This document shows, one piece after another, positions 9,993 to 20,302 of a stretch of 61,422 nucleotides of DNA; the stretch's first letter is position 1; each line of letters begins with the position of its first letter. The stretch spans positions 1 through 61,422 of the IMG/VR virus record IMGVR_UViG_3300013126_000033; one strand, given 5' to 3'. Under the pieces are notes generated by a model. That model made no database searches and was not told where the DNA came from. It saw only the letters and a list, made by a program, of their open reading frames with translations. Source of the stretch: a virus. Taxonomy: Duplodnaviria; Caudoviricetes. The position numbers were made by a program, and so were the translations under genes.

Positions 9993-10972
9993 TGGCAACC
10001 AGATTAACTGATCAACGAAGTTATTTTAAACCTTTTAATTATCCATGGGCATATGATGCATGGTTAAAACATGAACAGGCTCATTGGTTACACACAGAAA
10101 TTCCAATGGCAGAAGATGTTAAGGACTGGAAAAAGAAATTAACAGTAGAGGAAAAGAATTTTCTAACAAACATCTTTAGATTTTTCACTCAAGGTGATAT
10201 TGATGTTGCAGGTGGATATGTTAATAATTACTTACCATATTTCCCACAACCTGAAATTAGAATGATGTTAATGGGATTTGCTGCTAGAGAAGCATTACAT
10301 ATTGCAGCCTATTCACATTTAATTGAAACCTTAGGTTTACCAGAAACAACATATAATCAGTTCCTTGAATATCAAGCAATGAAGGACAAACACGATTATG
10401 TAACAGAACTATCGTCAAAGAATGGCACTCTCGAAAGTACGGCAAGGCACATCGCGGTCTTCTCGGCCTTCACGGAAGGGATGCAACTTTTTAGTTCTTT
10501 TATTATGTTGCTTAATTTTCCTCGTCATGGTCTTATGAAAGGTATGGGACAGGTTGTTACTTGGTCTATTGTTGATGAAACAATGCATGCTGAAAATATG
10601 ATCAAACTCTTTAAGACATTTATTAAAGAAAATAATGAAATTTGGAATGATGAACTTAAAGGGAAAATTTATACTATTGCTGAAAAGATGGTTGAATTAG
10701 AAGATAAGTTTATTGATTTATCTTTTGCTGATAGTCATATGAGAGAATTAGAAGCATCTGATGTTAAACAATACATTCGTTATATTGCTGACCGCCGTTT
10801 AATCAGCTTGGGTTTGAAAGGTATCTTTAAAGTTAAGAAGAACCCTTTACCTTGGGTTGAAGAGATGATTAATGCTCCAGTGCATGGTAATTTCTTTGAA
10901 AATAGAGTTACTGATTATGCCAAAGGTGCATTAAAGGGAGATTGGTCAGATGTTTGGGGCGCCGCTAGTTAA
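9992..10972 (+). CDS. nrdB: ribonucleotide reductase beta subunit
   Basis: EALHIAAY, DETMH, NFFENRVTDY. Confidence 0.97.
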   Translation: MATRLTDQRSYFKPFNYPWAYDAWLKHEQAHWLHTEIPMAEDVKDWKKKLTVEEKNFLTNIFRFFTQGDIDVAGGYVNNYLPYFPQPEIRMMLMGFAAREALHIAAYSHLIETLGLPETTYNQFLEYQAMKDKHDYVTELSSKNGTLESTARHIAVFSAFTEGMQLFSSFIMLLNFPRHGLMKGMGQVVTWSIVDETMHAENMIKLFKTFIKENNEIWNDELKGKIYTIAEKMVELEDKFIDLSFADSHMRELEASDVKQYIRYIADRRLISLGLKGIFKVKKNPLPWVEEMINAPVHGNFFENRVTDYAKGALKGDWSDVWGAAS

Positions 10973-11001
10973 TATAAATAGGAAAAACAAAGGAAAGTAG
11001 T

Positions 11002-11151
11002 ATGGCGTCAACAAAGTATTTTGAATGTGAAACGTGTGATAGTTCTGGAAAAATAATAATCAAATCAGAAGATGTTCATGTGGATGATATTGTATATTGT
11101 CCAATTTGTGGTGGTGACATCTATGAAGAAGATGAAGATTATACAGAATAA
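11002..11151 (+). CDS. small zinc-ribbon protein (49 aa, not in ORF track)
   Basis: AAGGA RBS; CETC...CPICG; acidic tail. Confidence 0.7.
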   Translation: MASTKYFECETCDSSGKIIIKSEDVHVDDIVYCPICGGDIYEEDEDYTE

Positions 11152-11555
11152 TGACTTGGTTATATAAAGACGAAGTCTTCGAGACTACTCCAGAAGAATA
11201 TCAAGGCTTCGTCTATAAAATTACTGAAATAGATACTGGTAAAATGTATATCGGTAAAAAGTTCTTCTGGTCACCAAAAACACTTCCAGTCACAAAAACA
11301 AGGAAACGACGAATTAAAACCAGAGTCGAATCCGACTGGATGTCTTATTATGGTTCTAATAAAGAAGTTCAAGAATTAGTAAAACAAAAAGGTAAAGAAT
11401 CTTATAAAAGAGAAATTCTACACCTTTGTAAAACTAAAGGAGATTGCTCTTATTGGGAACTCTACGAACAAATGATTAATCATGTATTGATAAGTGAAAA
11501 CTATTATAATGAATTCGTTGGAGCTAAAATCCATTCAAAGCACGTAACTAAATGA
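11151..11555 (+). CDS. short GIY-YIG family nuclease
   Basis: GFVYKIT...MYIGKK, YYGS. Confidence 0.8.
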   Translation: MTWLYKDEVFETTPEEYQGFVYKITEIDTGKMYIGKKFFWSPKTLPVTKTRKRRIKTRVESDWMSYYGSNKEVQELVKQKGKESYKREILHLCKTKGDCSYWELYEQMINHVLISENYYNEFVGAKIHSKHVTK

Positions 11556-12667
11556 ATATCTTAATGCTTTTAGTAGCTTTAGCACTTTCTGCTATTGCTG
11601 CATACTATTCAATAGCGGGTTTAGCTGCAATATTTGCTGCAGCTGTAATTCCTATTGTTGTCATGGGGTCTATCTTAGAGATCTCGAAACTTGTACTTGC
11701 CTCTTGGTTATATCGCAATTGGTCTGATTTACCTAAGTTAATGAAATCATATTTCTTTACTGCGGTTATTGTTCTAATGTGTTTAACGTCTATGGGTATC
11801 TTTGGTTACTTATCAAAGGCACACTTAGACCAGGCAGTGCCAACCGGAGATGTAGCAGCTAAGGTTGCTATTATCGACGAAAAAATAAAAACCGAAAAGG
11901 AAATAATAAATGAAGCTCGTGCAACTCTTTCGCAACTTGATAAACAAGTTAATGAAACCATCAGTAGAACAGCCAACGACAACTCCACAAAAGGTGTTGA
12001 CCGAAGCGTCCAAATTAGGAAGCAACAGTCCAAAGAAAGAAAGCAACTCTACGAAACCATCAGCACCGCAAGCGCCAGTGTCTCAAGACTCAACGAAGAA
12101 AAAGCGCCACTATCCTCGCAAATCAGGAAAATCGAAGCCGAAGTCGGTCCAATCAAGTACATCGCAGCCCTCATCTACGGTGACCAAATCGACGAAACAA
12201 TCTTAGAAAAAGCAGTACGTATAGTTATTCTAATGATTGTATCAGTTTTTGACCCACTGGCAGTTCTTATGCTGGTGGGTTATAATTGGTCTATTAGGAA
12301 GAAAGATGATCCTGAAGCACAAGAATTCTTTGATCGAGGTAAAGAAATAGCAAAAGCTTTAGATGAAGCAGGTGCTACTGACTGGGTTAGAGATGATAAG
12401 TATATGGTTCCAGTAACTAAACCTGAACCTATTGATACCAAGGAAGAATTAGATCAATTAGATAAATTCCTTGAAGATGCATTTGATGAACCAGAATCTG
12501 ACCCTAATTTTGACTTTTTAAAAGGTGATGACTATATTGCTTCACCAGCACCTGTACCAGTGGAACCTACATTAGGTATTAAAACTATTGAACAGGAAGT
12601 AGAAGAATTACAGACACCCAAAGAAATGGGTAGATTTAGAGCTGCACTACAAAAGACTATTAAGTAA
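11552..12667 (+). CDS. membrane protein with coiled coil
   Basis: N-terminal TM helices, coiled coil, VFDPLAV TM. Confidence 0.6.
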   Translation: MNILMLLVALALSAIAAYYSIAGLAAIFAAAVIPIVVMGSILEISKLVLASWLYRNWSDLPKLMKSYFFTAVIVLMCLTSMGIFGYLSKAHLDQAVPTGDVAAKVAIIDEKIKTEKEIINEARATLSQLDKQVNETISRTANDNSTKGVDRSVQIRKQQSKERKQLYETISTASASVSRLNEEKAPLSSQIRKIEAEVGPIKYIAALIYGDQIDETILEKAVRIVILMIVSVFDPLAVLMLVGYNWSIRKKDDPEAQEFFDRGKEIAKALDEAGATDWVRDDKYMVPVTKPEPIDTKEELDQLDKFLEDAFDEPESDPNFDFLKGDDYIASPAPVPVEPTLGIKTIEQEVEELQTPKEMGRFRAALQKTIK

Positions 12668-12680
12668 TACAGCTCTAATA

Positions 12681-13190
12681 TTAGTTAGCTAATGGATTAT
12701 CCAATGCTTTTTGGATTCTCTTGTCAATATCATGTTTAAGTTTTTCTTGGTCATCAACTACGCGTTGAACTTTACCTTCAATATTCTTATTCATAATTTT
12801 TAAATCTTGATCAGTATCACGAGCAGATTGTTTTGCCTGGCGTTCTACTGAATCAACAACACTTTCAAGTCTACGGATATCACCTTTTAGATCATTCTTA
12901 ATATCCATTGTATACCCATTTGATTCATCAACTGATGTTTTAACACCTTCCATATCTTTCTTAATGACTGAAAGTTGCTCTTGTAAACCAGATAAGTCTG
13001 GTGTTACATAAGTCTGAACCTTTTCTTTCAAATCCATATAATCTTTGTATACCTCAAAAGCACCATATAAACCACCAAGTGTTGATGAAATTACTGCAAC
13101 TAATATAGTTAGTTTAGCAGGAGTAAAACTCCATTTGCCAATTTTAATAACAGTATTGGCAATCTGTTCGTCTAATTGTTCTTCTGACAT
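12681..13190 (-). CDS. single-TM coiled-coil protein
   Basis: one TM then heptads. Confidence 0.6.
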   Translation of the reverse strand: MSEEQLDEQIANTVIKIGKWSFTPAKLTILVAVISSTLGGLYGAFEVYKDYMDLKEKVQTYVTPDLSGLQEQLSVIKKDMEGVKTSVDESNGYTMDIKNDLKGDIRRLESVVDSVERQAKQSARDTDQDLKIMNKNIEGKVQRVVDDQEKLKHDIDKRIQKALDNPLAN

Positions 13191-13194
13191 TTCT

Positions 13195-14928
13195 TTATTC
13201 CTTATATTGTAAATTTATTAATTGTTCATGTAGTCTATCTGAAGGACCAGTAAGACCACTACTTAAATGTTTATTATCTACAGTTTTTTGATTTTTATAT
13301 ATTGTAAATGGTTTGTAACCATTACCATCAGGCATAACATAACTATAAGTTTGAAAACCAGGTGTATATCCCATTGCCGCCATAACAACATTCTGTACTT
13401 CAATCTGTGCTGCTAAGGAAGTAGCACTATCTAATTTAGCAGCTGCTTCTGCACCTGCTTTTACTGCAGTTTGCATTGCTGCTTCTTTACGTTTTGCTAC
13501 CATCTGTTCTCTTGCAGAAGGTTGACTAGGTTTACTATCAGTAGATGGTTTTGATCCAGTGTCTTCTTTCTTAGAACTAGATTTTTCTTCTTTCTTTTCT
13601 TCCTTTTTCTCTTCTTTCTTTTCTTCACTTGATGATTCTTTACTTGAACTAGAAGATTCAGAAGAACTAGAGTCAGTAGTTGTAGTAGTCATAGTAGTTG
13701 TAGTAGGTGCTGGAGTAGATACTAATGTAACCACTGGTGCTGCAGTAGCAGGTGAACTACTAGTTGTTGTAGTAGTAACAATAGAGTTAACTACTGGGTC
13801 TGCAACAACTGCTACAGGTGTGCTATTTGTGTTAGTAGTAATAACAATAGGTTGTTGTACTGGTTCAGATACTGTCGGTGTTGTTACAACTACATTAGCT
13901 AAAGCATAAGCTTCTGCATAATTAGGACATTCTCTATTATATAATCCGTCTAGAGCACATTGCTGAGCAAAATAAGCTTCTGCATATCCGTTACAGGTTG
14001 TAGAATATAATGGATCCAATGAACACTGATAATTTAAATATGCACCAGCATACCCTGGGCATCCAGAATCATATAGTTGATTAGCGTTACATTGTTGTGT
14101 ATAATATGCTTGCGCATATCCTGGGCATGAAGGATTATACAAAGCAGATATTGTACATTGTTGTGTCAAATAAGCAGCTGCATAACCAGAACATGTTGGT
14201 GATGACAACGGATTAGATAAACAAGGGTCAGCGCCAGTGAATCCGCCAGTAGTATTCCATCCAAATATGTTTGGCCCACCTGGAGTTACGTTTAATCCTT
14301 GACCATGATAATACTGATAATATTCACCATTAGCTAAATTACCAGACATACCAGAAGTGACAGCATTCCAATTAACTAATGCACCAGCAACTCTAGTGTC
14401 TACTGTACCTGCTGATGTAATCTTAATTTCAAAACTATTACCACCATTTGAACTACAACATTGACTTACATTATACCAACCATAAGTCATTTCATTATTA
14501 CCACGTAGATAATATTGGTTATTGCCATTCCAAGAATATAAATCAGAATGAACACCAAAGATTGTATAATTAAATCTTGGGTCTGTTGTGCGTGTTAAAT
14601 CAACACCTTGGCAACATCCACCACCAAGTCCAGATTGCCATGGGTCTTGAAACGTCACATATCCATTGGTTGCTGCCCACGAATTTGTAAACGTTTGACC
14701 AAAGTATGGGAATGCAAATCCTAATGGGACTTCAATAATATGATCATCCCAAGTGGTAATATTAACCGAATTAGGATTATTTTGTATATTTTCAAGCGGC
14801 AGTGCATTAATGCCTGTACCAACGGTTACAGACAGACCAGGAGCTCCTGGGATAGGTACAGTTACAATTTCAGCATTAGATAATAAAGAAGTACCTAGCA
14901 ACAATATTGCTAGTAATAACTTTTTCAT
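13195..14928 (-). CDS. exported protein with Cys-rich 22-aa repeats and Ser/Thr stalk
   Basis: signal peptide; five C-x9-C-x2-Y repeats; low-complexity linker. Confidence 0.65.
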   Translation of the reverse strand: MKKLLLAILLLGTSLLSNAEIVTVPIPGAPGLSVTVGTGINALPLENIQNNPNSVNITTWDDHIIEVPLGFAFPYFGQTFTNSWAATNGYVTFQDPWQSGLGGGCCQGVDLTRTTDPRFNYTIFGVHSDLYSWNGNNQYYLRGNNEMTYGWYNVSQCCSSNGGNSFEIKITSAGTVDTRVAGALVNWNAVTSGMSGNLANGEYYQYYHGQGLNVTPGGPNIFGWNTTGGFTGADPCLSNPLSSPTCSGYAAAYLTQQCTISALYNPSCPGYAQAYYTQQCNANQLYDSGCPGYAGAYLNYQCSLDPLYSTTCNGYAEAYFAQQCALDGLYNRECPNYAEAYALANVVVTTPTVSEPVQQPIVITTNTNSTPVAVVADPVVNSIVTTTTTSSSPATAAPVVTLVSTPAPTTTTMTTTTTDSSSSESSSSSKESSSEEKKEEKKEEKKEEKSSSKKEDTGSKPSTDSKPSQPSAREQMVAKRKEAAMQTAVKAGAEAAAKLDSATSLAAQIEVQNVVMAAMGYTPGFQTYSYVMPDGNGYKPFTIYKNQKTVDNKHLSSGLTGPSDRLHEQLINLQYKE

Positions 14929-15500
14929 TATCTATTCAAGAACGTTGCTGGACCAACTGGTGATTCGGTTCTCAAAGGTGTTATAATAACATCATCTTCA
15001 ACTTTAACTACAGAAGGTAATGGACCAGCAACTTGAACTGGTTTCTTTTCTTCTTTAATTTTACCACGTTTGATCCAAATTTCTCTAGCTTGTTCACCGA
15101 TTTTGCCTTCAACTGGACATGGAGTACCAGCATCAACCATGGCTTGAAATACGCGGTCATCTTGACATAGGTTAGCAACTGCAGCTACTTTCATGCCCAT
15201 ATCGTATAGATTTTTAGATAATTTAATTCGTTCACAATTCATATCACGCATAGTTCCGCCCATGGCAAAACCAAGAATTTGCGTTTGAACAGCACCAGAT
15301 GCGGCTACTGCACAAACATCATTATTGATGGTCGTGATTGATGGAGCTACTGCGGTTGGAGGTGGAGAAATAACTCTAGTTGTAGAGTCAGATTTTGTTG
15401 TTGAGTTGCTTGTTGAATCAGTTACAATAGGTTCAGCTTGGACCAAACCTGATAATATAGCCATAACAAAGATAGCAACTAAAGCTATCTTATTAGACAT
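14928..15500 (-). CDS. exported Cys-containing protein
   Basis: signal peptide; DVC, NCERIK, LCQD, AGTPCP; minus-strand TATAAATA at 15535-15542. Confidence 0.6.
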   Translation of the reverse strand: MSNKIALVAIFVMAILSGLVQAEPIVTDSTSNSTTKSDSTTRVISPPPTAVAPSITTINNDVCAVAASGAVQTQILGFAMGGTMRDMNCERIKLSKNLYDMGMKVAAVANLCQDDRVFQAMVDAGTPCPVEGKIGEQAREIWIKRGKIKEEKKPVQVAGPLPSVVKVEDDVIITPLRTESPVGPATFLNR

Positions 15501-15586
15501 TTCTTAGTTCCTTATAAATAGGTTATCCGTTTATTATTTATACAAAATAATTTTACATTAAATACTTAGGGTGATATTATATCTAT

Positions 15587-16309
15587 ATGAGATGGGTTAA
15601 GTTAATATTATTGTTAATCATTAGTAATATATGTTATGCGGGTAATATATCCGCTCAATCATGGTTAGTTACTGATGAAAATTATCAAGTAATTGCTGGT
15701 GAAAACATAGATGAAATAAGATCAATTGCATCTATTACTAAACTAATTACAGTTATAACAGTTATTGAATCAGGTATTGATTTATCTGAAGTAATTGTAA
15801 CTAAGAAATTTGGTAAGATCACTAGATCAAATTTAATTGATATGGCCATAGTTAAGTCTAATAATGATGCAGCTAGACTCTTATGTGAAACATATCCAGG
15901 TGGTTATGCCTTATGTATTAGTGATATGAATAAAACATTAAATAGACTTGAAATGAAAAGTTCTATTGTATATGATTCAGTAGGTTTGGATATCAGAAAT
16001 AAATCTACTGGGTTAGATCTTATTAAGTTATTAGATGCTTCAGAACACTACCCAGAGATTGTTTCAGCATCACACAAAACTGGTATTAAAGTAAAGATTA
16101 GAAAGAAATGGATCTTCTTTAATAATACCAATCCTCTTATAGGCAGAAGACACGATATTATAGTAAGTAAGACTGGGTTTACTAATCCAGCAGGTGGTTG
16201 TCTTGTTATGCTTATGTCTACAGACAAAGGGAAGCGCGCAGTCGTTGTCCTAGGCTCTAAAAATACAAAAACACGTATTCCCGAAGCAGATTTTATTGCA
16301 AATATGTGA
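15587..16309 (+). CDS. D-Ala-D-Ala peptidase, S11 family (PBP5/PBP7-like)
   Basis: signal peptide; SITK (SxxK), SNN (SxN), KTG motifs. Confidence 0.9.
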   Translation: MRWVKLILLLIISNICYAGNISAQSWLVTDENYQVIAGENIDEIRSIASITKLITVITVIESGIDLSEVIVTKKFGKITRSNLIDMAIVKSNNDAARLLCETYPGGYALCISDMNKTLNRLEMKSSIVYDSVGLDIRNKSTGLDLIKLLDASEHYPEIVSASHKTGIKVKIRKKWIFFNNTNPLIGRRHDIIVSKTGFTNPAGGCLVMLMSTDKGKRAVVVLGSKNTKTRIPEADFIANM

Positions 16310-16376
16310 AAATAATTGTTTACATTAAATATTAATTATGGTATAATGTACTTATTAAATCAACAAGGGATTAAAA

Positions 16377-17199
16377 ATGATTGAAAATACATATATCGTA
16401 GTTATTGGTTTTATTGGTATCTTGTCTATTTTAGTAGTTACATGTTTTATGGCAGAAAAATTAGGTTGGGAATAATGCGATACAATCTAAAAGGTAAATT
16501 TAAATGGTGTTTTAATCCTAAGAATGGATGGATTCGCATTGGTAAGGTTATCTTTAGATGGAATGATACAGTAGATAAGAAATTTAAGACTTTATTTTCT
16601 ATAGAGGTCATGTAATGAATAAGAAAATTTATCCTGGCGATATATTTAAAGATATTATTAATGGTGATATGGATGAAGAAGAATTTATGGCGTGGTATAC
16701 TTCAGAAATGGCTAAAGCACATTCATTAGGTTATAGTCAAGGTTCTGATTATGCATATCGTAGAGAAGAAGGTTTATACTAGGAGATTATTATGGCAGGT
16801 AAAGCAAAATCATGTTATTTAACTGTTGCTGATAAGGTAACACATAAATCAGTTCTAAATCGAATGTTCCTTAAAATGGGTGACTTGAATGACTTTGTTA
16901 AAACAGAGGAATTCCTAGAAAAATACCCAGCTGATAAGTTTTATATTGTAAAAGAAACATATTAATTATAATTCTTTTGTTTACATTAATTGATTTTTGT
17001 GGTATAATAACTCTATTAAATCAGAAAAGGAAATACTATGAGTAAAGATTTAGAATTTGAACAAGCAATGAATGAATTTCTATCTAATGGTGGTGAAGTT
17101 CAAGAATTAGATTATAATGGTCCTAAGTTTGTAGAAAAAACTGCTCGTGCTCCTGGTTATATTGCTTCAATTCGTACTAAGGAAGAAGCTAATGAGTGA
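16377..17199 (+). other. cluster of short early ORFs (each under 60 aa)
   Basis: early promoters at 16319 and 16980; RBS-preceded small ORFs, e.g. 16377-16475 and 17038-17199. Confidence 0.5.
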
Positions 17200-17677
17200 T
17201 GTTAAAACCTATCTTATGGAATACTTATCCATGGGTGGGAAATTTAATTATAAGAAACACAAAGAAATTCCCAAAGTACTTATTAAAGTAATTGAAGATT
17301 ATGGTATTGATTATACTGACGTTCCAGTTGGAATAATTAATGATATTTTAAATGATATAATGGAAGATATTATGACAGAACAAAATTTAGTAAATGGTGT
17401 AGATGTAGACGGCCGTCGTGAACAAATTACTCAGTATCTACGTGAAGGTACAATTACAGTGGGGTTCACTAAAAAAGATGGTGAAGACCGTCGTATGAAT
17501 TGTACATTGGTTAATATCCCATCTGATATGCAACCAAAGGGTGAAACCCCTGAACGTAAAGGTACTGCATTGGCAGTATTTGATGTTGATAAACAAGGTT
17601 GGCGTTCTTTTAATTTAGAAAATGTTTTTGAATTAAAAGTTGGTGATAATTATATTTTTCAAACGGTAGGTAAATAA
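17147..17677 (+). CDS. T4-like small beta-barrel (WYL/SH3-like) protein; start uncertain
   Basis: FTKKDGEDRRMNCTL...VFDVDKQGWRSF. Confidence 0.65.
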   Translation: MLLVILLQFVLRKKLMSDVKTYLMEYLSMGGKFNYKKHKEIPKVLIKVIEDYGIDYTDVPVGIINDILNDIMEDIMTEQNLVNGVDVDGRREQITQYLREGTITVGFTKKDGEDRRMNCTLVNIPSDMQPKGETPERKGTALAVFDVDKQGWRSFNLENVFELKVGDNYIFQTVGK

Positions 17678-17943
17678 TGAATGTAACTCCATTAAAAGAC
17701 ATTGTATTAGTAGCGGAAAATAAGCGTGAAAATACAACAGCATCAGGTATTGTTATTGAATCTGCTGCTGGGTTAGGTGAATCTAAATCTGCTACAGTAC
17801 TAGCAGTTGGTCCTAAAGTAGAATCAGTAGTTATTGGTGATAAAGTTCTATTAATGTGGAACAAAGGGCAAGTTGTTACTATTGATGGTGCACAACGTGT
17901 TATGATTAAAGAAGAAGATATTGTTGCAGTTTTAGAAGACTAA
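17677..17943 (+). CDS. groES: co-chaperonin GroES-like
   Basis: PLKDIVLV, TTASGIVI, VLAVGP, EEDIVAV. Confidence 0.9.
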   Translation: MNVTPLKDIVLVAENKRENTTASGIVIESAAGLGESKSATVLAVGPKVESVVIGDKVLLMWNKGQVVTIDGAQRVMIKEEDIVAVLED

Positions 17944-17949
17944 AGTTTT

Positions 17950-18040
17950 TGGGATCCACGCCACTTAATAAAATATATGCGGAGGCATTCTAGATGGCGC
18001 CCTTCCGCGGGTTAGAGTTGACGGACTCGAGTGGATCCCA
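17950..18040 (+). ncRNA. GC-rich structured RNA upstream of fhs
   Basis: TGGGATCCAC/GTGGATCCCA closing stem with two inner hairpins. Confidence 0.55.
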
Positions 18041-18055
18041 CCCTAAAGGATAAGT

Positions 18056-19606
18056 ATGAACCCAGATTTTCTGATAAATCAACAAGCTAAACTTGAAGTT
18101 ATCGCTAATGTAGCTGAAGATATTGGTATATGGGATGTTGAATTCTATACTAGATATATTGCTAAAGTTGATTATGAATATTTCAAGGATAGACCTAGAA
18201 AAGCTAAATTAGTTTTAGTTACAGCAATTAATCCTACTCCCGCTGGAGAAGGTAAAACAACTACTACTATTGGTTTATCAGATGCACTATGTGAATTAGG
18301 ACATAAATCTATTGTATGTTTACGTGAACCTGCAATGGGCCCAGTTTTTGGCATCAAAGGTGGAGCAACTGGTGGAGGTTACTCTCAGGTAGCACCTTCA
18401 GATAAAATTAATCTCCACTTTACGGGTGACTTCGCAGCGATAGCGGCCGCTCATAACTTACTAGCAGCTATGGTTGAAAATCATATTTGGCAAGGTAACA
18501 GTCTAAATATTGACAGAGTAACATGGCGCCATGTAATTGATATGAACGACCGCTCGCTGCGTGACAGATTTGATATTGTTGTGGCTTCAGAAGTCATGGC
18601 AATTTTATGTTTAGCAAAAGATTTAGATAATCTTAAATGGCGATTGAGTAAGATTGTTATTGGTACAGATTATGAAGGTAAAGAAGTTACAGCACAAGAT
18701 TTAAAAGCTGTTGGAGCTATGACGGCATTATTAGTTGAAGCATTTAAGCCTAACTTAGTACAAACATTAGAAAACAATCCAGCATTTGTGCATGGTGGTC
18801 CATTTGCTAATATAGCACACGGATGTAATTCAGTTGTATCTACTGATTTGGCTATGAAACTTGGTGATTGGGTAGTTACTGAAGCAGGATTTGCTTCTGA
18901 ATTGGGTGCTGAAAAGTTCTTAAGTATCAAACGTAGAATGTCACAACTTAATCCTGATATTGTAGTTATTGTAGCAACTGTTAGAGCTTTAAGACATCAT
19001 GGTAATGGCAATTTGATGTCGGGGGTTCCTCATCTTGGAGAACATATTAATAATATTAAAGATAATTTTGGGCTTCCTGTAGTTGTATGTATTAATAAAT
19101 TCTCAGATGATCAACAAGCTGAATTAGATATGATCCAAGAATATGCTAAAAAACTAGCAGATGACTGTGTGGTATCAACACATTGGGCTAATGGATCCGA
19201 AGGTGCGCTTGATTTAGCTAATTCAGTGGTTAATACTGTTAAGATACATGGCACGCAGAAACAGCGTTATCTTTATGATCTAAATGATCATTATATTGAA
19301 AAGATTCAAAAGATTTGTACCAAAGTTTATGGCATTAAACAAGTATTGTTTCCATTAAATGTACAACTTAAGTTAAGAGATTGGCAAGAAGCACACCCTG
19401 ATTTACCAGTATGTATTTCTAAAACTCCAAAGAAAATGGATCCATCGGATGATGGTATCATATGGGTTGACGGAGTAGAATTAAAAGCTGGTGCTGGATA
19501 TATTGTAGTTAAACTAGGTAAGGTTATTACATTGCCTGGGTTACCAGAAGAACCTTCGGCAGAATCTATTGATGTTATTGATGGTAAGATTGTAGGGATT
19601 AACTAA
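18056..19606 (+). CDS. fhs: formate--tetrahydrofolate ligase
   Basis: TAINPTPAGEGKTT, IKGGATGGGYSQV, VHGGPFANIAHG, VTEAGF. Confidence 0.95.
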   Translation: MNPDFLINQQAKLEVIANVAEDIGIWDVEFYTRYIAKVDYEYFKDRPRKAKLVLVTAINPTPAGEGKTTTTIGLSDALCELGHKSIVCLREPAMGPVFGIKGGATGGGYSQVAPSDKINLHFTGDFAAIAAAHNLLAAMVENHIWQGNSLNIDRVTWRHVIDMNDRSLRDRFDIVVASEVMAILCLAKDLDNLKWRLSKIVIGTDYEGKEVTAQDLKAVGAMTALLVEAFKPNLVQTLENNPAFVHGGPFANIAHGCNSVVSTDLAMKLGDWVVTEAGFASELGAEKFLSIKRRMSQLNPDIVVIVATVRALRHHGNGNLMSGVPHLGEHINNIKDNFGLPVVVCINKFSDDQQAELDMIQEYAKKLADDCVVSTHWANGSEGALDLANSVVNTVKIHGTQKQRYLYDLNDHYIEKIQKICTKVYGIKQVLFPLNVQLKLRDWQEAHPDLPVCISKTPKKMDPSDDGIIWVDGVELKAGAGYIVVKLGKVITLPGLPEEPSAESIDVIDGKIVGIN

Positions 19607-19815
19607 TGAAAATTAGACCAGTTATTTACAAACTACAAAAACAAGCATTAGATTATGCGGCCAATGAACTTGCAGATAGCGATATTGGTGGAATTGCTAG
19701 GTTTAATGATTTATTTACTGAAAAATTTGCTGAATTAATTATTAATGAGTGCTGTAGAGAAGTTCCATACGGATATGCTGAATTTATTAGAGAACACTTT
19801 GGGATAGAACAATGA
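19606..19815 (+). CDS. hypothetical protein
   Basis: EKFAELIINEC...EHFG pattern. Confidence 0.5.
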   Translation: MKIRPVIYKLQKQALDYAANELADSDIGGIARFNDLFTEKFAELIINECCREVPYGYAEFIREHFGIEQ

Positions 19816-20007
19816 TAGTATTAGCAATGATTTATAATTTAATTTTATTAGTAGGTACTGCCTATCTAGTAGGTTGGCAAAATTGGAACCCATGGTGGTT
19901 TCTATTAACACTAAGCATTTTAGCTGGTAGAAAAGATATTAAAAAATAATTTTACATTTAATTCAATTTTGTATATAATTACATATAAATAAATTTTTAG
20001 GACTGAT

Positions 20008-20184
20008 ATGAAAACTGATAAGAACTTTAATTTAAGTAAACCAACTAAACGTATTCTTGCTTCTATTACAGATAAAGAACAACGTAGAGTTTATAAAAAG
20101 GTTATGATTGAAGCTGAAGCTTCTCGTGAAGAATTAAAGAAACGTCAACCTAAAGAACGAGATAAAAAAGTAGAAGTAGATTAA
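20008..20184 (+). CDS. small basic protein (58 aa, not in ORF track)
   Basis: AGGA RBS; early and late promoters upstream. Confidence 0.55.
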   Translation: MKTDKNFNLSKPTKRILASITDKEQRRVYKKVMIEAEASREELKKRQPKERDKKVEVD

Positions 20185-20224
20185 AGAATTAGGAAAGTGT
20201 TATATAACACGAGTACTTACAAGT

Positions 20225-20301
20225 TGCGGGTTGGGGAAGGGGTCTATCCTGTTAGCCTCATAAGCTGAAGATCGTTGGTTCGAATCCAACACCCGCTACC
20301 A
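20225..20301 (+). tRNA. tRNA-Met(CAT), probably initiator
   Basis: cloverleaf, unpaired 1:72, CCA. Confidence 0.85.
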
Positions 20302-20302
20302 G

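Noticed and set aside
13585-13700. Short tandem repeats as a regulatory element
   Set aside because: They encode the EEKK and poly-Ser/Thr linker of the 577-aa protein.
17950-18040. ZTP or THF riboswitch call
   Set aside because: Consensus sequences are not recognisable; kept only as an orphan structure.
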